A stretch of 64,000 nt of DNA, taken from NCBI GenBank assembly GCA_963786955.1, contig CAWBAT010000005.1:1152001-1216000 (forward strand). The letters are read 5' to 3'. Under the pieces are notes generated by a model. That model was not told the origin of the DNA. It saw nothing but the letters and a program-made list of their open reading frames with translations, and did no database searches. Numbering within the stretch: position 1 is the stretch's first letter; each line of letters starts with the position of its first letter. This document shows positions 29,788 through 40,455 of the stretch, piece after piece. Origin of the DNA: an uncultured Acidimicrobiia bacterium. GTDB lineage: Bacteria > Acidobacteriota > Terriglobia > Versatilivoradales > Versatilivoraceae. The position numbers were made by a program, and so were the translations under genes.

Positions 29788-30780
29788 GTGAGAGGAAACA
29801 TGTTACGAAGTCACTACGAGTACGAATCGATAAGACAGGCATTCAGGCGATTTTCATCTCTGGTCCCGCCGGGGAGAGAGGCGCGTTGTCGCTCAGTTTC
29901 TTCGCCCCTTCAGCGATGGAGGAAAATAGTGACTTTCTCGCTCCCCTCGAGTTTTCGAGTCCTCAAATTGTTTTTCATGGCTTGCCTTTTCATTTTCAGG
30001 GGAACGAGCCTAACGGCGTCGACCCTTCAGCCGGCCCCAAACCAGCTCCCCGAAGCTGTGCGCAACGTGGGCATTGATCAGCGGCTCAATGAACAGTTGC
30101 CGTTGGATTTGGTGTTTAGGGATGAAAATGGGAAGGCCGTCCAGCTCGGAGACTATTTTCGGGAAAAGCCCGTTATCTTGACCCTCGTTTATCACGAATG
30201 TCCGATGCTCTGCAGTGAAGTGCTGGATGGATTACTTCGCACGCTGCGTGTCTTAAAATTCAATATCGGTAAGGATTTCGACGTCATCACCGTGAGTTTT
30301 AATCCCGAGGAGGATGCCACGATTGCCCGATCTGTCAAGGAAACCTACCTGAAGCGATACAGGCGGGAGGGTGCGGAAGCGGGATGGCATTTTCTGACTG
30401 GAGAACAACCTTCCATTGAGAAGTTAACGAAAGCTGTGGGGTTCCGCTACGGCTATGATTCGGCCAAAAAACTGTATGTCCATGCGGCAGGGATTATGTT
30501 GGTGACTCCTCAAGGGCGGTTATCGCGTTACTTCTATGGAATTGAGTTTCCGGCCAAAGATCTCCGTTTAGGACTGGTTGAGGCCTCACAAAATAAGATC
30601 GGTTCAGTAGTAGACCAGGTTCTACTCTACTGTTACCACTATGATCCGGCCACCGGGACATACGGCCTGGTCATCATGACGATTGTCCGAATACTTGGAA
30701 TTGCTTTTGTCCTTGGCATGGGGTTATGCATCGCTCTCATGTTGCGCCGGGAGAAGGGCGCAAAGTATTTAGTTTCGTAA
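29788..30780 (+). CDS. SCO family copper chaperone
   Basis: CPMLC motif, WHFLTG, conserved His in YVHAAG. Start probably downstream. Confidence 0.92.
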   Translation: MRGNMLRSHYEYESIRQAFRRFSSLVPPGREARCRSVSSPLQRWRKIVTFSLPSSFRVLKLFFMACLFIFRGTSLTASTLQPAPNQLPEAVRNVGIDQRLNEQLPLDLVFRDENGKAVQLGDYFREKPVILTLVYHECPMLCSEVLDGLLRTLRVLKFNIGKDFDVITVSFNPEEDATIARSVKETYLKRYRREGAEAGWHFLTGEQPSIEKLTKAVGFRYGYDSAKKLYVHAAGIMLVTPQGRLSRYFYGIEFPAKDLRLGLVEASQNKIGSVVDQVLLYCYHYDPATGTYGLVIMTIVRILGIAFVLGMGLCIALMLRREKGAKYLVS

Positions 30781-30823
30781 TCGCTTTTTCGCATTGAAGT
30801 AAGATTCCAAAATACCGATCACT

Positions 30824-31828
30824 ATGCATTCCGAATTCCCATTATTTCCGGATCAAGCCTCTACGCTGGCCGCTGAAGTGGATCATCTGTACTTCTTTTT
30901 GTGCCTGGTCACGCTATTTTTTTCAACCCTGATTGCAGGGCTTCTTTTATTCTTCGCAATCCGATTCCGCCGCCGGTCGGAAGTTGAATTGCCTCAGCCG
31001 GTCACGGGTTCTTCGACTCTTGAGATTCTATGGACTGTGATCCCGTCCATTATTCTCGTGGTGATTTTCTTTTGGAGTGCCAAGATCTACTTCTCTATCG
31101 CCCGCCCTCCATCCGATGCCATGCCCATTTACGTCGTAGCGAAACAATGGATGTGGAAACTGCAACATCTGGAGGGACAGCGGGAAATCAATGAACTCCA
31201 TATTCCCGTTAACCGCGCGGTTCGCCTGATCATGTCGTCTGAAGACGTGATCCACAGTTTTTATGTGCCGGCATTCCGAGTCAAACAGGATGTGCTGCCG
31301 GGGCGCTATTCAACCCTCTGGTTCAAAGGGACGCGACCCGGCGAATACCATCTGTTTTGTGCGGAATATTGCGGGACAAAGCACTCGGGTATGATTGGCA
31401 AGGTGGTGGTCATGGAACCGGCTGATTTTCAAAATTGGCTGAGTGGAGGCTCTCGCGAGGAATCGATGCAGGTGAGAGGCGAGCGCCTCTTTCAGAACTT
31501 TTCTTGCGTCAATTGTCATCACTCGGACGGGAAAGGCCGTGGGCCGGCACTCGAAGGGATCTTCGGAAAACCTGTCAGGCTGCAAACCGGCCAAACGATC
31601 ATTGCCGACGAGAACTATTTGAGAGAATCAATCTTGAATCCAAGCCTAAGAGTGGTTGAAGGATACCAACCGCTGATGCCGATGTTTCAAGGCTTAATTA
31701 ATGAAGATGGACTGGCCCAGATTCTGGCATACATCAAATCGCTGACCCCTCAGGTTCCAGAGGCTGTCAGCGCCCATGCCACGAAAGATCTGGCCAGACC
31801 GAATGAAAGGCAGAATCAAAAACCATGA
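30824..31828 (+). CDS. coxB: Cytochrome c oxidase subunit II with fused cytochrome c
   Basis: DVIHSF and [12 protein letters not shown] (CuA ligands); CVNCH heme motif. Confidence 0.95.
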   Translation: MHSEFPLFPDQASTLAAEVDHLYFFLCLVTLFFSTLIAGLLLFFAIRFRRRSEVELPQPVTGSSTLEILWTVIPSIILVVIFFWSAKIYFSIARPPSDAMPIYVVAKQWMWKLQHLEGQREINELHIPVNRAVRLIMSSEDVIHSFYVPAFRVKQDVLPGRYSTLWFKGTRPGEYHLFCAEYCGTKHSGMIGKVVVMEPADFQNWLSGGSREESMQVRGERLFQNFSCVNCHHSDGKGRGPALEGIFGKPVRLQTGQTIIADENYLRESILNPSLRVVEGYQPLMPMFQGLINEDGLAQILAYIKSLTPQVPEAVSAHATKDLARPNERQNQKP

Positions 31829-33456
31829 GTACCTTAACGGCTCCTGTCACCCCGGTGGAAACTCGAGAACATTATCTCAATTCCAGTTACGGTATTAAGT
31901 CGTGGCTGCTTACTACCGATCACAAGAGGATTGCGCTCTTATATTTGATGTCCATCACCTTTTTCTTCTTCCTGGGTGGCCTGTTTGCCGTTTTGATTCG
32001 TTTGGAATTGCTGACCCCACAGGGGGATTTTGTGCAGGCGGAGACGTACAACAAGCTGTTCACGATGCACGGGGTCATTATGATTTTTTTCTTTCTCATT
32101 CCTTCCATCCCAGCCTCTCTGGGAAATTTTCTAGTGCCGATGATGGTCGGCGCAAAAGATTTGGCGTTCCCGAGAATCAACCTCTTGAGTTGGTACATTT
32201 ACGTGATTGGAGGATTGTTTACTTTGGGTGCCGTGTTGGCTGGGGGAGTCGATACGGGGTGGACGTTCTACACTCCATACAGCACGACGTATTCAAACGG
32301 TTACGTGATTGCGACAGGAGTCGGCGCTTTCATTACCGGATTTTCCTCCATTCTGACCGGGCTGAATTTCATTGTCACGATTCACAAAATGAGAGCACCC
32401 GGGCTTACTTGGTTCCGTCTCCCCCTGTTTATCTGGGCTCATTATGCGGCGAGCTTGATCATGATGCTGGGGACACCGGTCATCGCGATAACGTTAGCCT
32501 TATTAGCTCTTGAGAGGGCCTTTCACATAGGTATTTTCGATCCAGCCTTAGGAGGAGATCCCATCCTCTTTCAGCATTTGTTCTGGTTTTACTCGCATCC
32601 GGCAGTCTATATCATGATCCTTCCAGCCATGGGCGTGATCAGCGAGTTAGTCTCGTGTTTTTCGCGAAAGTATATTTTCGGATACCAGTTCGTGGCCTAT
32701 TCCAGCATTGGCATCGCAGTGCTCGGTTTTCTGGTCTGGGGGCATCACATGTTTGTGAGTGGCCAATCTGTCTATGCGGGATTGATTTTTTCGATGCTGA
32801 GTTTTCTGGTGGCAATCCCCTCCGCCATCAAAGTGTTTAATTGGACAGCGACCCTATACAAAGGTTCCATATCCTTTCAGTCTCCCATGCTCTATGCCTT
32901 TGGATTCCTCGGGCTGTTTACCATCGGCGGTTTAACAGGCCTTTTTTTGGCGGCTGTGGGCCTGGATGTTCATGTCCACGACACCTATTTTGTAGTGGCC
33001 CATTTCCATTACATCATGGTGGGTGGTACGGTGATGGCTTACATGGGAGGGTTGCATTTTTGGTGGCCGAAAATTTCGGGTCGTCTTTATCCGGAAGGAT
33101 GGGCAAAATTCTCCGCCCTCGTTGTCTTTCTGGGGTTTCATCTGACTTTTTTCCCTCAATTCATTCTGGGTTACATGGGAATGCCAAGACGCTACCATGC
33201 CTATCCGGAAGAGTTTCAGGTGCTCAACGTCATGTCGTCAGCGGGGGCTTCAATCTTGGGAATTGGCTATCTGATTCCCATGATTTACTTGATCTGGTCG
33301 CTTCGTTACGGACCTCCTGCCTCGGCGAATCCTTGGGGGGCAACGGGACTGGAATGGCGAACACCGTCACCGCCCCCGACGGAAAATTTCACGGAAGTCC
33401 CCGTCGTCAATGAAGGGCCTTATGAATATTCAATCAGGGAGATTAAAGTTGTCTGA
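31825..33456 (+). CDS. coxA: Cytochrome c oxidase subunit I (A2 type)
   Basis: [21 protein letters not shown] (YS motif), WGHHM, AHFHY, GMPRRY. Confidence 0.97.
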   Translation: MSTLTAPVTPVETREHYLNSSYGIKSWLLTTDHKRIALLYLMSITFFFFLGGLFAVLIRLELLTPQGDFVQAETYNKLFTMHGVIMIFFFLIPSIPASLGNFLVPMMVGAKDLAFPRINLLSWYIYVIGGLFTLGAVLAGGVDTGWTFYTPYSTTYSNGYVIATGVGAFITGFSSILTGLNFIVTIHKMRAPGLTWFRLPLFIWAHYAASLIMMLGTPVIAITLALLALERAFHIGIFDPALGGDPILFQHLFWFYSHPAVYIMILPAMGVISELVSCFSRKYIFGYQFVAYSSIGIAVLGFLVWGHHMFVSGQSVYAGLIFSMLSFLVAIPSAIKVFNWTATLYKGSISFQSPMLYAFGFLGLFTIGGLTGLFLAAVGLDVHVHDTYFVVAHFHYIMVGGTVMAYMGGLHFWWPKISGRLYPEGWAKFSALVVFLGFHLTFFPQFILGYMGMPRRYHAYPEEFQVLNVMSSAGASILGIGYLIPMIYLIWSLRYGPPASANPWGATGLEWRTPSPPPTENFTEVPVVNEGPYEYSIREIKVV

Positions 33457-34105
33457 CGCTCAATCTGCGGCGCATCCAGCACTAGCCCATCACTTTGATA
33501 CAGTCGAACAGCAGCGGGAGGCGTCTTCGCTGGGCATGTGGGTTTTCCTCGCCCAGGAAGTCATGTTTTTCGGTGGGCTCTTTCTAACCTACCTGGTTTA
33601 TCGAAGTGCCTATCCGATTGCATTTGCCGAAGCCAGTCACCACTTGAATGTCCCCCTGGGTGGCACTAATACGGTGATTTTGATCACGAGCAGCCTGACG
33701 ATGGCTCTGGCAGTCTTTGCTTCTGAAACGGGGAAGCAAAGAATGCTGATTGCTTTCCTTCTGTTGACCTTAATCCTGGGTTTGGGTTTCTTGGGGATCA
33801 AGACGGTTGAGTACCATGACAAGTACGTTCATCATCTGATCCCCGGATTTGGATTCGCCTACCACGGTCCTCATGGTCTGCAGGCTCAGATTTTCTTTAG
33901 TTTGTATTTTGTAATGACCGGGATGCACGCCTTGCACATGGTCATTGGAATGGGCCTGCTGATTTGGTTAATGGCTCTTGCGCGAAAGGGAAAATTCAGC
34001 CCTGAATATCATTCCCCAGTCGAGCTTTTTGGCCTGTACTGGCATTTTGTGGATATTGTGTGGATTTTCCTCTTCCCCTTACTTTATTTGATTGGGTTGC
34101 ACTAG
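33449..34105 (+). CDS. coxC: Cytochrome c oxidase subunit III
   Basis: [34 protein letters not shown]; TTG start after AGGGAG. Confidence 0.93.
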   Translation: MSDAQSAAHPALAHHFDTVEQQREASSLGMWVFLAQEVMFFGGLFLTYLVYRSAYPIAFAEASHHLNVPLGGTNTVILITSSLTMALAVFASETGKQRMLIAFLLLTLILGLGFLGIKTVEYHDKYVHHLIPGFGFAYHGPHGLQAQIFFSLYFVMTGMHALHMVIGMGLLIWLMALARKGKFSPEYHSPVELFGLYWHFVDIVWIFLFPLLYLIGLH

Positions 34106-34157
34106 CAGGGATGACGATCCTTACCTTACAAAACCCAGAGGGAATCTTATTGATCTC

Positions 34158-34457
34158 ATGTCAGAGCATATAGTACCTATTCGTATTTATTTGATTGTCT
34201 TTGCCGCCTTGATGGGGCTGACGGCGGTCACGATATTTATTTCCTACCATGATTTGGGACCCCTCAACAATGTGGTGGCACTGACGATTGCCGTTACAAA
34301 GGCCACTCTCGTCATCCTTTATTTCATGCACGTTCGCTATAGTCCGAGCCTTACGAAACTGGTTGCTGCGGGTTCCTTTCTCTGGCTGGTCATCCTGTTG
34401 TCATTGACGATGGCCGACTACATTTCACGAGACTGGCTTTCGTTCGTTGTCAAATAA
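34158..34457 (+). CDS. coxD: Cytochrome c oxidase subunit IV
   Basis: Three TM segments; IAVTKATLVILYFMH. Confidence 0.88.
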   Translation: MSEHIVPIRIYLIVFAALMGLTAVTIFISYHDLGPLNNVVALTIAVTKATLVILYFMHVRYSPSLTKLVAAGSFLWLVILLSLTMADYISRDWLSFVVK

Positions 34458-34573
34458 TTGGCGGGAAAGACATTGTTTCCCCATTCTAATTTTTCGCAGC
34501 TTGAAGACGAATTGCCGCTGGGCACACGGTTAGCCTGCTATCGAGCAAAATTCCTTAATCTGAAGGGGGAAGG

Positions 34574-35353
34574 ATGAAACACAAGGAGTTCAAGAACAAC
34601 CCGTTGATTGAGGCCCAGGTGGAAATCCGCTGGGGGCAGGCCGACCAGAGTGGATCCGGTATCAAAACGGATCCTTATTACAAAATGACATTAGGCCGCT
34701 TCTATGAGCGAGTCATGGAAACTTATCCTGTCCATGAAATCCTTCCTGCTTCGAAATTCCCCGAAACCATGGTGTATCATACGGCTCAACACCTCTTTCG
34801 GGTTGGGAACGGCAAATGGCCTGCCATCCAGATTGGACCCGGGATTCTTTCCGTTCATACGAGAGAAGAATACCTGTGGGAAGATTTGGCGACGAAGGCA
34901 CAAGACGCCTTATCCCAATTATTGGATGCGTATCCGAAAATGGTCGAAATGCGGATCGAGATGATTCGATTACATTATATTGATGCAGTCAATCTTGATT
35001 TCAACCGGGAGAACGTCCTGCAGTTTTTGCAGGAAAAATTTAAGACTAACATCGAACTTCCCCCTTCTCTCTTCTTAGATGGGCACGTTAGCTCCCGCCC
35101 CAAGAGCTTTTCCTGGGAAGCGACCTTTGAAGAAGATCAGCCCGAGGGGAGCATCACGATTCGTTTTTCAACCGGGGAGCGGGATGCACGTCCTGCCCTT
35201 CTCTGGGAAACTATTGTAGAGTCTTCCGGTCGCCAGTTGCCCCCCCTTCCGAGTGGGATGGGTCATTGGCTCAACCAGGCTCACGTCCTGGCTGAAGACT
35301 GGTTTTCTAAGTTTATCGAAGGGGATTTAGAAAAAGATTTTGCCGGTGCCTAG
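34574..35353 (+). CDS. TIGR04255-like family protein
   Basis: NPLIEAQVEIRW, IQIGPG, Y.WE, IRLHYID pattern. Confidence 0.7.
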   Translation: MKHKEFKNNPLIEAQVEIRWGQADQSGSGIKTDPYYKMTLGRFYERVMETYPVHEILPASKFPETMVYHTAQHLFRVGNGKWPAIQIGPGILSVHTREEYLWEDLATKAQDALSQLLDAYPKMVEMRIEMIRLHYIDAVNLDFNRENVLQFLQEKFKTNIELPPSLFLDGHVSSRPKSFSWEATFEEDQPEGSITIRFSTGERDARPALLWETIVESSGRQLPPLPSGMGHWLNQAHVLAEDWFSKFIEGDLEKDFAGA

Positions 35354-35398
35354 GAGCATAATAGTAAGGGCGAATCTGTTGATGAACAAAAGCAATGA

Positions 35399-36163
35399 TT
35401 AAGTCAGCCCCCATTTCTTTCTCTTCTGGAAAAGTCTGAGGTACCCTCCGATCGTACGGAGGACTTTCATTTTGCTTTCCCCTTCCCGCCGCGAACCATC
35501 GAGTCCCATGGCGACTTCGGAGATGGTTGCTTCGACTTTGATTAATTTTGCGAGTAGTTCCACCATGCACTCAAATCCCGGGCTTTCAATAAGGCTCGGA
35601 CCATAGCGTTTCTCCAGCCGCATCAGGACTTCGGCACTATAGAGCCGGAAAAACGAGCTCATCGTCAATATACCCCGAATTCCCAACAACTCTTTCACAA
35701 GAGTGTTGGCCACATGGCTGAGAAAGATCCGCATCAACGAGGTCTGTGTAATTCCCCCTCCATAGGCATAAGGGCTTGCGAGAACGACCTCAAATCCTTC
35801 CAGGCGGCGAAGAAGCATCTGGCGCAGTGTTTGTAATCGCGAGGTGTTGTCACCTTCAAGGGTCACGACCCAATCCAGCAAAGTCAATTGAGGGACAATA
35901 TGTCGAAAGCCAGTGGCAAATGCGGCGCCAGGTCCTTGGTTTGTCTTGTGCTGCAGCACTTCGACAGGCAATTGGTCGCGATGCCCTAAGATTTTGGTAG
36001 CTGTATGGTCGGTGCTTCCGTCATCAATGAAGTAGACCTTGCAGGCGAACTCGCTCTGCAATTCGTGCGTCAGGCCTGCTAGATTTTCAAGTAGTCTGGG
36101 AACGTTGGCAGATTCATTGAACACAGGAATGATAAAATAAAGGTGAGAGAGTTTACTCAACAT
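35399..36163 (-). CDS. Glycosyltransferase family 2 (polyprenol-phosphate glycosyltransferase-like)
   Basis: IIPVFNE, IDDGSTD, NQGPGAA, EGD, GESKM. Confidence 0.9.
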   Translation of the reverse strand: MLSKLSHLYFIIPVFNESANVPRLLENLAGLTHELQSEFACKVYFIDDGSTDHTATKILGHRDQLPVEVLQHKTNQGPGAAFATGFRHIVPQLTLLDWVVTLEGDNTSRLQTLRQMLLRRLEGFEVVLASPYAYGGGITQTSLMRIFLSHVANTLVKELLGIRGILTMSSFFRLYSAEVLMRLEKRYGPSLIESPGFECMVELLAKLIKVEATISEVAMGLDGSRREGESKMKVLRTIGGYLRLFQKRKKWGLT

Positions 36164-36174
36164 CGGAGACGAGG

Positions 36175-37182
36175 CTAAGTGTCTAAAGAGAAAGTTGGGT
36201 TAAATTCTCGAATTGTACCCAGGTGAGTCTGCATCCATTCCACCTGTAAACGCATTCCCTCTTCCAGGCTGATCTTAGGTGCATGTCCCAATAGATAACG
36301 GGCCTTTGATCCTTCGACCAGGCGGTGCTGCGGGTCCTCGTAAAGACGCGAAAAGTCAGAATAGGGGATAAAACGAAGGAGCGGCTTTCGGGTCATTCCT
36401 GTGACACGCCAGATCAAATACGCTAGATTTACTACGCTGATGGTCGGTCCACCCCCGATGTTGAGGACTTCGCCGTCAGCGTAGGGTGTCTCAAGGACCT
36501 TGAGGGTTGCGTCCATCGCGTCTGAAATATGAGTGAACGGTCTGGATTGGGTCCCGTCTCCGTGTATGGGGATCGGCTGGCCAGTCAGCGCGGCGTAGAT
36601 AAAGACATCCTGGACGCCGCTCAGACGGGACAATTGAAAGGTTGGACCATAAATTCCCGAATAGCGAAGGATTGAAATCGGAACATTGTATTTCTCCGCG
36701 TAGGCAAAGCAGAGCTGTTCTCCGTAAATTTTGGAAATGGCCAGACTCCAGCGTTCGACTCGGGACTCACCGAGAACCAAAGTGCTGCCTTCAGAGAAGC
36801 TCGCCTCAGGATTCTTTCCGTAGACTTCATCGGTTGAGGCGAAAATCACTCGTGAATTGTGCTTGCGAGCGCACTCCAAGACATGTTCTGTCCCACGAGC
36901 ATTCACCTCTAGAGTTTTCAGATAGCCATCGTAGCGGGGGATCTTCAAAGCCGCCAAATGAAAAATCACTTCGACATCACGCGAGACAGCGTCAAGCCTT
37001 TCAACATTGAGGATAGTTTCTTCTACAAAAGTAAAGTTAGGATGCGGAAGGAAGGGCGCAACGTTCAAAGAATGCCCCAGAGAAAAATCGTCCAAACCGA
37101 TGACCTGATGTCCCCGGTCGAGTAACTCTTTGAGCAAATTCGAGCCAAGAAGGCCCGCTACGCCGGTAATCAATATCTTCAT
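36175..37182 (-). CDS. NAD-dependent epimerase/dehydratase paralog with degenerate catalytic motif
   Basis: ITGVAGLLGS, HLAALKIP, ASTDEVYG, RWSLAISK (YxxxK changed to LxxxK). Confidence 0.85.
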   Translation of the reverse strand: MKILITGVAGLLGSNLLKELLDRGHQVIGLDDFSLGHSLNVAPFLPHPNFTFVEETILNVERLDAVSRDVEVIFHLAALKIPRYDGYLKTLEVNARGTEHVLECARKHNSRVIFASTDEVYGKNPEASFSEGSTLVLGESRVERWSLAISKIYGEQLCFAYAEKYNVPISILRYSGIYGPTFQLSRLSGVQDVFIYAALTGQPIPIHGDGTQSRPFTHISDAMDATLKVLETPYADGEVLNIGGGPTISVVNLAYLIWRVTGMTRKPLLRFIPYSDFSRLYEDPQHRLVEGSKARYLLGHAPKISLEEGMRLQVEWMQTHLGTIREFNPTFSLDT

Positions 37183-37184
37183 AT

Positions 37185-38168
37185 TTATGGAACAGCCTCG
37201 TCGGTTACTTGCTTTTGCCAAGCAATCGTTCTCAACAAACCTTCTTCCAGATCGGTCTTCGGTTCAAAGCCCAGCAACGTTCTAGCTTTTGTGATATCGG
37301 GGACCCGGTTCCGCACATCCTCGTATTTTCCAAATGTTTGATACGAGATGAATTTTGATTTAGGTTCACCACGCCCGGCTAGTTTCCAAACCAGTCGCGC
37401 CAGATCCAAGATTGTCACTTCCTTGGTGTTTCCCAGATTGAAGACTTCTCCGGCGGCCTTTTCTGCAAACAGCGTGCGGATGATGCCATCGATGGTGTCA
37501 TCAATGTAGGTAAAGCTCCTTGTCTGCAAGCCGTCTCCATGGATTTCCATGGGTTGGTCTGTGAGAGCGGCATGGATAAATACCGACTGGGGGCCTCCCC
37601 ACCAAGTTGTATTTTGTCGCGGGCCATAGCCTCCAAAAAAACGGAGGATCGTTACGGGGATGCCATATTCTTGCTGGTAGGCCAAGCAGTAGTGTTCATC
37701 GAGAATCTTTGAGACCGCGTAGGCCCATCGCTTGACATTGCTTTCTCCCATGTAGAGATCGTGTGTCTCTGCGAATGGCAGGTGTGGGTTCTTCCCATAC
37801 ACATCGGAGGTGGAAGCCAAAACCACTTTTGCTTTGTGCTTTACCGCTGCCTTCAAGACAGATTCTGTCCCGTGCACATTGATCGTGAGTGTATCGTAGG
37901 CGTCTCCATACCGGGGTATCTTAAAAGCAGCCAAGTGAACCAAGATCGTTGCATCCCTGGCCAATGATTCAATAGCCGGCCCATTCCGGACATCCTCTTG
38001 AAAAAACTCAAAATGAGGATGTCCGCGGAACTCTTTGACGTTGTGAAGAGTACCCTGAGACAGGTTATCCACGGCACAAACCGTGTGTCCCAAGGAAAGA
38101 AGCCGCTCGCATAAATTGGATCCAATAAAACCCGCGGCTCCCGTTACCAAAATCTTTTCTGGTTTCAT
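37185..38168 (-). CDS. NAD-dependent epimerase/dehydratase (UDP-glucuronate decarboxylase-like)
   Basis: VTGAAGFIGS, ASTSDVYG, RWAYAVSK, GDGLQTRSFTY. Confidence 0.9.
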   Translation of the reverse strand: MKPEKILVTGAAGFIGSNLCERLLSLGHTVCAVDNLSQGTLHNVKEFRGHPHFEFFQEDVRNGPAIESLARDATILVHLAAFKIPRYGDAYDTLTINVHGTESVLKAAVKHKAKVVLASTSDVYGKNPHLPFAETHDLYMGESNVKRWAYAVSKILDEHYCLAYQQEYGIPVTILRFFGGYGPRQNTTWWGGPQSVFIHAALTDQPMEIHGDGLQTRSFTYIDDTIDGIIRTLFAEKAAGEVFNLGNTKEVTILDLARLVWKLAGRGEPKSKFISYQTFGKYEDVRNRVPDITKARTLLGFEPKTDLEEGLLRTIAWQKQVTDEAVP

Positions 38169-38210
38169 GGCTCTCTCAAAATGCCCAGAGGGCGGAAGCT
38201 AAACACCCCT

Positions 38211-39317
38211 TCAATCTGCTTTCAAGAATTCGTGAAGGGCTGATATCACAGCCTGGATTTCGGCTTCCTCCATTTCCGGGAAGATAGGCAATGAGATGAT
38301 CTCCTTGCAAACGGCTTCTGCGACTGGAAGAGTCACACGCGGATCCGCCAACTGCCGAAAAGCGGGTTGGAGGTGCAGAGGCGTCGGATAATGAATCGCA
38401 TGGCCTATCGCTCGAGCCTTCAAGAATGTAGCCAAAGAGTCCCGCCGCCCAGTTCTGATGGAATACTGGTTATAAACGTGTCGAACGTCAGGACCACAAC
38501 TGGGAGTGATAACGTTGAGCCCTTGCCAGGCCAAATTATATCTTTGTGCAATCCGTATCCTGGCATCAGTCCAAGATTCCAAGTGTCGTAGTTTTGTTCT
38601 CAAGATGGCCGCTTGAAGAGTGTCCAAGCGGCTGTTAACGCCTAGAATCTCATGTTGGTATTTCACTTTGGACCCATGGACAGAAATCATCCGGCAGCGT
38701 TGTGCCAATTGGGCGTCATTGGTGGCTAGTGCCCCGGCATCTCCATAGGCGCCTAAATTCTTGCTGGGGAAAAAACTGAAACAGCCAATGTGACCGATCG
38801 TTCCGGCGGCCTTCCCTTTGTAGCGCGCTCCAATAGCTTGAGCAGCGTCTTCAATGACGGACAATCCATGCGACTCGGCAATGGAAAGAATAGGATCCAT
38901 ATCTGCTGGTTGACCATAGAGGTGCACAGGCATCAGAGCTTTTGTCTTCGGAGTGATGCGGTCTGCAATCTGGTTCACGTCTAGATTAAAAGTTCGGGGG
39001 TCAATATCTACATACACCGGCCTGGCGCCGAGAAGCACAATGGTTTCAACCGTGGCCACAAAGGTGAATGAAGTCGTGATGACTTCGTCCCCTGTCCCGA
39101 TACCCAAGGCCATCAGTGCAATCTGCAGCGCATCCGTTCCGGATGCGCAACCAATGGTATGCTGCACCTTGAGGTAATTTGCCAGCTCGGATTCAAATTC
39201 TCTAACGGGTGCACCCAAAATGAAATCGGTAGAGTCCACAACGGACTGAATCGCCGCGTCCATTTCGTGCTTGATCATTTGGTATTGTCGATTCAGATCC
39301 ACCATCTTGATCTGCAT
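38211..39317 (-). CDS. DegT/DnrJ/EryC1/StrS aminotransferase (WbpE-like)
   Basis: SGTDAL, VHLYGQ, EDAAQA, SFFPSKNLG, NSRLDTLQAA. Confidence 0.93.
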   Translation of the reverse strand: MQIKMVDLNRQYQMIKHEMDAAIQSVVDSTDFILGAPVREFESELANYLKVQHTIGCASGTDALQIALMALGIGTGDEVITTSFTFVATVETIVLLGARPVYVDIDPRTFNLDVNQIADRITPKTKALMPVHLYGQPADMDPILSIAESHGLSVIEDAAQAIGARYKGKAAGTIGHIGCFSFFPSKNLGAYGDAGALATNDAQLAQRCRMISVHGSKVKYQHEILGVNSRLDTLQAAILRTKLRHLESWTDARIRIAQRYNLAWQGLNVITPSCGPDVRHVYNQYSIRTGRRDSLATFLKARAIGHAIHYPTPLHLQPAFRQLADPRVTLPVAEAVCKEIISLPIFPEMEEAEIQAVISALHEFLKAD

Positions 39318-39337
39318 AAGCGATTCCTTCCCGGATA

Positions 39338-40435
39338 TTAATTTTCCAGCATGACTTGAGTGATTCGTTCAGCCGTCTTCCCGTCCCACAGCGGAACGGG
39401 GCGCCCGCTTTTGTAACGATGATGGATAATGGCCTCAACTTGCACCAGAATCCGCTCTGAGTCAAGGCCAACGAGAGAGTTCGTCCCAATCTCCACCGTT
39501 ACGGGCTGTTCGGTACAATCCCTGAGAGTCAAACAGGGCACTCCGAGATAGCTTGTCTCAGCTTGAATCCCCCCTGAGTCTGAAAGCACAGCCAGCGAGT
39601 TCCGGACGAGGTGCAGGAAATCCAAATATCTTTTGGGCTCCGTCAGGCGCACTCGAGGATTCTTCCGAAGCACATGATACAGGTCGAGATTCTTTAAATT
39701 CTTCCGGGTCCTTGGATGTACGGGAAAAATGACCGGCATCCGCACGGAGATAGCCTGAATCAGGTCGGCCAAATGCTGCAACTTCTCAGGATTATCCACT
39801 GTGCCGGCACGGTGCGTCGTCAACAAAAAATATGCTTTGGGGGACACATTAAGCTCTTGGAGAACAGGAGAGCGACTCGACTTTTCCAAAGACCGAATGA
39901 GTTCGTCGATCATGATGTTCCCTACCAGGTGGATGTTGCCGATTGGAACTCCTTCGCGGGAAAGGTTATCGACGCCGGCCTGCTCGGTCACAAAGAGTAT
40001 GTCTGAAACCTGGTCAGTCAGTATGCGATTGACTTCTTCGGGCATACTCTTATCAAAACTTCGCAGCCCGGATTCAACATGGGCTAACGGAATTTTTTCC
40101 TTGGCGCACACGAGCGCACAGGCCAGCGTAGAATTAACATCTCCGAAAACGACCACTCCATCCACTCTTTCACTCCGGATAACCTTCTCAAAACTCCTCA
40201 TAATCCGGGCTGTCTGGGTAGTATGTGTACCGGAACCGACTCCCAAGTGATAGTGCGGCTGTGGCAATTCCAAATCTTGAAAGAACGATTCAGACATGGA
40301 AAAGTCGTAATGCTGCCCGGTGTGGACCAGGATGCTCTTGATCTGTTGGGGGACTTGGGCGAATTGTCTGTGCAAGGGCGCCATTTTGAGAAAATTGGGC
40401 CTTGCACCGACAACGCTGACAATGGTTTTGATCAT
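39338..40435 (-). CDS. Non-hydrolysing UDP-GlcNAc 2-epimerase family (WecB/WbpI-like)
   Basis: VGARPNF, HTGQHYD, HVESGLRS, MPEEVNR, DSGG. Confidence 0.93.
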   Translation of the reverse strand: MIKTIVSVVGARPNFLKMAPLHRQFAQVPQQIKSILVHTGQHYDFSMSESFFQDLELPQPHYHLGVGSGTHTTQTARIMRSFEKVIRSERVDGVVVFGDVNSTLACALVCAKEKIPLAHVESGLRSFDKSMPEEVNRILTDQVSDILFVTEQAGVDNLSREGVPIGNIHLVGNIMIDELIRSLEKSSRSPVLQELNVSPKAYFLLTTHRAGTVDNPEKLQHLADLIQAISVRMPVIFPVHPRTRKNLKNLDLYHVLRKNPRVRLTEPKRYLDFLHLVRNSLAVLSDSGGIQAETSYLGVPCLTLRDCTEQPVTVEIGTNSLVGLDSERILVQVEAIIHHRYKSGRPVPLWDGKTAERITQVMLEN

Positions 40436-40455
40436 TCAAGCGGGCGACAATTTGA

